DNA from: Mayamaea pseudoterrestris | Taxonomy: Eukaryota | Length of the DNA stretch: 64,000 nt | Assembly (NCBI GenBank): GCA_027923505.1 | Contig: BROI01000003.1 | Coordinates: 806,001-870,000, forward strand | Direction: 5' to 3' | Shown here: positions 59,335 through 64,000 of the stretch, one piece after another | Layout of the letters: each line of letters starts with the position of its first letter | How positions within the stretch are numbered: position 1 is the first letter of the stretch | The notes under the pieces: model-generated | Told to the model about the DNA's origin: nothing | The model's database searches: none | Seen by the model: the letters and a program-made list of their open reading frames with translations, nothing else | Translations under genes and position numbers: made by a program

Positions 59335-62300
59335 ATGCAGGGAGCCATGAGCCAATCGCCACGCAAACTTCCGCCAAGCCCTCGAGATGCTGGATCAACA
59401 GGCAGCAACAGTACGAGTAGCACCGCCAATCGTCGACTATTTACGCAACCGCCATCTCCAAATCACATCAAGAATCGAACACCTTCCGAAGACACTCTAT
59501 CGGATTCCACCTATTCGGCCGTTTCAGTGACATCAAGTTATCGCCACCATAATTTCCCATTCGCGACGCAAACACCTGCCAAACCGGAACCTGTTCTAGT
59601 CAAGGACTCGAACCATAAACCAAAAACGACTGGATCATTTGGAGTCTTGGTCATTGGACTTGGAGGCGCCAATGGAACCACCATGCTGGCTGGAATACTA
59701 GCAAATCGACGTAACTTGGAGTGGCGTGGTCCCTACGGCGAACATCGGAGCGCCAATTACTATGGCTGCTTGACACAACTAAATCAACGAGGCATTCACG
59801 GCGGCGTTGGCTACAAGGATCGTGTCAAGGGACTCGCAAATGCCAACATGGCGGCGATTGGTGGATGGGATATTCGACCAGCCAAGCCAGGTGATGCACT
59901 CTTGGAGGCGCAAATATTGGACTATGATTTGGTACGACAAGTGCAAGACGAAATGAACAAGACCAAGGTGTTTCGAGGCATTTACAATCCACTATTTATT
60001 GGAGATTCGCAGCATGCGACGGCGACGCATGTCATATCGAAACAGGAAGCTCCGACGGACTCGGAAGCCTTGAAATGTTTGCGCGCCGACATTCGATACT
60101 TTAAATGGCGCAACGGGGTTGTCGGACACACAACCGTCATTTGGAGCGCTAGCGTAGAGCCCAATTGCGACTTGTTACCGAATTATGAAACGGCGGATGA
60201 CTTGCTAGAGGCGATTGAAATGACAGAGGAGGAGCGCGGCGGCCCACTGCCACCGTCAGTACTGTACGCGACGGCGGCATTGCTTGAAGGATGCTCGTTC
60301 ATCAATGGCGGCTCTCAAAATACAGTCTCGTGTCCCGGATTAGCCGACTTGGCCATGCAACAAACGGGTGTGTATTGCTTGGGTACTGATTTTAAGGCTG
60401 GACAAACCAAATTCAAGACGGCTGCTGTTGAGTATTTGCGAACCATGGGATTGAAGCCCCGCGTCATTGCGTCATCCAACCATCTAGGTAATAATGATAT
60501 GCGTAACATTGGATCGGCAAGCTCAAACATTGGAACAGCTAAGCTAAGAGTGAAACACGACATTTTTGCACCGTGGCAGGAAGATGAGTTGGATCATAAG
60601 GTGAGCATTATGTTCACTGAGTTTATCAACGACGACAAGCGCGATTTTGTCGAGTACACAAGTCTTGCCTTCTTGGGGCAACCTCATACCATGGTGACTT
60701 ATACGAGGGCGTCGGACTCGGTCTTGTGCGTCCCACTGATGATTGACGGAGCGGTTTGGTGCGACTTCTTCTCGTCGCGCAGCTGGCCCTACGAGCGAGT
60801 GGCCAAGGCATTGGCGTATCTGTTCAAGGTCCCAGAGGGTTCTGCCAAAGGTGTCGACCCAGGATTCTTCCGCCAAATGCAGGAGCTCGAGGTTCAAGTT
60901 CTGGCCGCGCATGAAGCGAAGCGTGGTAGCTTGAAACGAGAAGGCTCTATAAAGAAGCGAGTCCGAATTCGTCCAGACGAAAAGGTGGCTGAATGGGCCA
61001 TTCCGCATGATGCTCGGATAGTATGCGCTGGATTGGCATGTGTAGATATGCAGCTTAATGCCGCTACTGGTGGCGATGGAGGAGAGGCAATTGAAACTTT
61101 TGCTGGCGAAACATCCATTGGAGGCGGTAGTGTTTCCATGGCATGCAAAACGTTGGCGAGGCTGTGTCACGGAGCTGCTCTCGATGATGGCTACATGCAA
61201 ATCACTCCACCTGTTGTCAGTGCTGTTGTTCCACTTTGCATGGTCGGAACGGACTCGACTGGAGACAAACTCATTGGATTGCTCGAGGACTGCGGCGCTG
61301 CTTGTCGTAACGTTGAGACCAGATTTATCAAAGCCTCGCGATCGAGCGATCCAAACGCTCGCACGGCTCTTTCCATTCTTCCTATTTACCAAGATGGACG
61401 GCGAGGGTGCTTTTTCGACGCCGCCTCGAACGTCACCTTTTCAGCTCGGGAAATGACGCGCTTGATCAGCAACCTTTCCGCTGGGTCCACAAATCCAGAA
61501 TTAGATATGTCTCACATGTCGGCAGATGACGTTGATAATTACCAAGCGGATCTCGAGCAGATGACCCCAATTTACGGAGGCTTTGTCTTTGGGTATCCTC
61601 ACTTGATGCCGAAGATGGCTGGAGAAGCATTGGCGCAAATCCTTCTTGAAGCACGAAGTATCATGATTGAAGGAGGCATTGTCACGATAGACCTCAATGG
61701 GGTTCCACTGGGATCTTTTCCAGTTCGAGATGGTTTGCGTAGTGCGGGGAGTCTAAAATTGGATTCAGTAATTGGGCCTGCTCTCGAGCATGTTGATATT
61801 TTGCACATGAATCAGGAAGAACTATGTCTTTTAACAGGTTGCCATATTGAGGGAACTGCCGATTCATCACGAGAGGATGACTTCATTATTGCTCAAGCTA
61901 TCAATCTATTTCTGCGGTGCGGCGTTGCAGTTGTCGCCGTCACGAGAGGTCAGCAAGGGAGCTTCGTCGTTTGCAACGACGCCGATCGTTTTAAGCAAAG
62001 TCGAGCACTTCCAGCGTCTTGGATAGACTGCAACGCCAAGGTTGGATGTGTACAGTTGCCCAAGAACACATCAATTAATACGAATGGGGCAGGAGATGCT
62101 TTTACCGCCGGACTTTTGGTAGCTGCAATGCTGCGACACACAGGCCTCACAATGCCGAGCGATATTTCGCCTTCTGTTGTAAGCAGTCCGCGTGCGCCGC
62201 CTGCAAGTTCATTGACTCGAAAAGAAACCATTCCTGCAAGTGGCAAGTCCAAGCCTGACAAGAAACTTACACCCTACTCTCTATTCATGAGGGAGCACTA

Positions 62301-62706
62301 CATCTCTTTGAAGAAGAAATGCAACGATGACAAGAAAGCTATCTTTTCGACATGTCATGAAATGTGGGAGAACTTGACGGAACACGAGAGAGATTTGTAT
62401 GAACGAAAGGCGGCGGACGAAAATGAGGACACTGGCAAGCCGGATGCGGTTGCATTGAGTGTATTGACAGACATTAACGTATTAGACTCCACTGATCCGA
62501 AGCACGCACCGAGCCCCAGGGAGTCGGACACTCCCCGCAGTATGTACATGACAAACCGATCATTGACCCTTGAATCGGCCGTAACATTTGCCAGCCTAGT
62601 GGCGGCGTACCACGTTGACGAAAGTACGAGGAACCGACAGCACATTGACATGAGCAAGCTTATTGAGCGAGCTACAGTTGTACCGAAAGGTCTTGAAGAA
62701 ATATAG
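59335..62706 (+). CDS. INO1: Fusion: myo-inositol-1-phosphate synthase + PfkB/ribokinase-family kinase + HMG box
   Basis: MIPS motifs [48 protein letters not shown]; PfkB motifs [42 protein letters not shown]-like [27 protein letters not shown]. Confidence 0.9.
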   Translation: MQGAMSQSPRKLPPSPRDAGSTGSNSTSSTANRRLFTQPPSPNHIKNRTPSEDTLSDSTYSAVSVTSSYRHHNFPFATQTPAKPEPVLVKDSNHKPKTTGSFGVLVIGLGGANGTTMLAGILANRRNLEWRGPYGEHRSANYYGCLTQLNQRGIHGGVGYKDRVKGLANANMAAIGGWDIRPAKPGDALLEAQILDYDLVRQVQDEMNKTKVFRGIYNPLFIGDSQHATATHVISKQEAPTDSEALKCLRADIRYFKWRNGVVGHTTVIWSASVEPNCDLLPNYETADDLLEAIEMTEEERGGPLPPSVLYATAALLEGCSFINGGSQNTVSCPGLADLAMQQTGVYCLGTDFKAGQTKFKTAAVEYLRTMGLKPRVIASSNHLGNNDMRNIGSASSNIGTAKLRVKHDIFAPWQEDELDHKVSIMFTEFINDDKRDFVEYTSLAFLGQPHTMVTYTRASDSVLCVPLMIDGAVWCDFFSSRSWPYERVAKALAYLFKVPEGSAKGVDPGFFRQMQELEVQVLAAHEAKRGSLKREGSIKKRVRIRPDEKVAEWAIPHDARIVCAGLACVDMQLNAATGGDGGEAIETFAGETSIGGGSVSMACKTLARLCHGAALDDGYMQITPPVVSAVVPLCMVGTDSTGDKLIGLLEDCGAACRNVETRFIKASRSSDPNARTALSILPIYQDGRRGCFFDAASNVTFSAREMTRLISNLSAGSTNPELDMSHMSADDVDNYQADLEQMTPIYGGFVFGYPHLMPKMAGEALAQILLEARSIMIEGGIVTIDLNGVPLGSFPVRDGLRSAGSLKLDSVIGPALEHVDILHMNQEELCLLTGCHIEGTADSSREDDFIIAQAINLFLRCGVAVVAVTRGQQGSFVVCNDADRFKQSRALPASWIDCNAKVGCVQLPKNTSINTNGAGDAFTAGLLVAAMLRHTGLTMPSDISPSVVSSPRAPPASSLTRKETIPASGKSKPDKKLTPYSLFMREHYISLKKKCNDDKKAIFSTCHEMWENLTEHERDLYERKAADENEDTGKPDAVALSVLTDINVLDSTDPKHAPSPRESDTPRSMYMTNRSLTLESAVTFASLVAAYHVDESTRNRQHIDMSKLIERATVVPKGLEEI

Positions 62707-63093
62707 CATGCCGAAGCAAAGATACAAATATGAGCTGTTGTTCTGGTTCAGGTCCCTTAGCGACTCATGCAATTATGTATGCCTTACTCATCCAGTTCGT
62801 GAAAGGTGGCGTTTATTACTTAGTTTGCCGGCACAAGATTTGATTAGAGCATAATTTCGATTTACTTTGAAGGCTGCTCGTTGCAATGTTTGGAGCTTGC
62901 CAATGTACGCTTTCACGGTTAAAGCGAATCAAACACGTTTAAATGTGTCGCACCGGCTTGAATAACGGTGATTGATACGTCGCGCCGAGCCGCGCTGTTC
63001 GTGAGGTTGATCCCGAAATGCATTTGATGCGATTCATCCAAGCGCCATCATATCCTTTCATCCGCAGGTACTTCTACATTTAGTATATACGGT

Positions 63094-63921
63094 ATGCTGC
63101 GATTCAAGAAATCTGGACAGAAACCATTGTCCCGCAAGACGACAGTGTGGCATTGGCGTGGCGCGCGAGCGGTGGCTCGAAGCAATTTGGCTGCAACGCA
63201 TGACAATCGATCCGCTTCGTATGGCAAACTAGCTTTCTACCAGCAGCTTGGTTCCAATGACGGCTGCCTCGATTCATCGTTGGTGAGCGTGAGCTCGTCG
63301 ACGAACAACGAATTGCTCGCACCATGGTCGACTGATGTCTCGTCGCAGCGTTGCTTGTTTGCGACACCGATCAGATCCGACGAATCGCGCGACGACCAAA
63401 ACACTCCTCCATCCTGCAACAACCACGAAACTGATTCTCTTGTTCAATTTGATCCTCGCCGCCACGACAAGTCTAAGCGTGTCATCTATGGAACGGTGCG
63501 AAGTCTTTTGCCTGGGCCTTTTCGCCCAGCGGCGGCGTCCATTGTTCGCGGCGATGACGTCTCAAATTCACCAAATGGTTGCGGGTCCTACTACGGCGAG
63601 TTTGATGTGACTGAGACCTTTTCGTCGCCGCCAATTCCTACTAAAACCACGACTTTGGAAGATCTTAAAAGTGTCCAGCAAGATCAGACACATTTCCGCT
63701 GCCGCGCCGACGATGAGTCCGCTGCGACGCCACAATCACGCCCCTCGGATGAGATCGCGCCGCCTCCAGCTGCGACTGGATTTACAACTACTACACATCT
63801 AGGGTTCAAGGTACAGTATGGAATGACACAAATAACTCGTTCGCGTCATTCAATGAGCACTGCTGACCTTTTCTCATTGCTCACTTTGCCATTCAGATTA
63901 CTGTCGTTTCCGAGCAACTAA
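63094..63921 (+). CDS. Hypothetical Ser/Thr/Pro-rich protein; exon boundaries uncertain
   Basis: 275-codon ORF with no recognisable domain. Confidence 0.4.
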   Translation: MLRFKKSGQKPLSRKTTVWHWRGARAVARSNLAATHDNRSASYGKLAFYQQLGSNDGCLDSSLVSVSSSTNNELLAPWSTDVSSQRCLFATPIRSDESRDDQNTPPSCNNHETDSLVQFDPRRHDKSKRVIYGTVRSLLPGPFRPAAASIVRGDDVSNSPNGCGSYYGEFDVTETFSSPPIPTKTTTLEDLKSVQQDQTHFRCRADDESAATPQSRPSDEIAPPPAATGFTTTTHLGFKVQYGMTQITRSRHSMSTADLFSLLTLPFRLLSFPSN

Positions 63922-64000
63922 AAATTTACGTTGTGAACTTGCTTTCGCCTCGCGGATGCGAATGCATCCGTCGGGCCATGCAGAAGCATGTGAATGTGAG

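Noticed and set aside
63953..63970. 7-bp hairpin CGGATGC/GCATCCG after the last ORF, as a terminator
   Set aside because: Short enough to arise by chance, no U-tract, eukaryotic context.

Overview
Gene-dense eukaryotic nuclear DNA, most likely from a (pennate) diatom. This is inferred from short GT-AG introns (mostly 65-140 nt), short intergenic spacers, many head-to-head gene pairs and two DUF6824-type genes; the species cannot be named from the sequence. About 29 protein-coding genes are supported, and many ORF-track fragments join into spliced genes. Housekeeping genes include a class-III aminotransferase, ArfGAP, TPMT-like methyltransferase, NAA10, ATG7, a rhomboid protease, a CDPK-like kinase, CDC45, a cytosolic-type homomeric acetyl-CoA carboxylase, ATP10 and eIF3a. 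Three things stand out. (1) A 1123-aa intronless fusion of myo-inositol-1-phosphate synthase, a PfkB-family kinase and an HMG box inserted inside the kinase, sitting head-to-head with a histidine acid phosphatase. (2) Two anciently duplicated, head-to-head ankyrin-repeat/CbbX-SpoVK-like AAA+ genes that both lack the pore-loop tyrosine and differ in their catalytic arginines. (3) A ~360-bp foldback element built from 4+4 inverted 42-bp tandem units. I could not support any rRNA, tRNA, CRISPR array or transposase. All domain calls come from motif recognition by eye; no searches were run.
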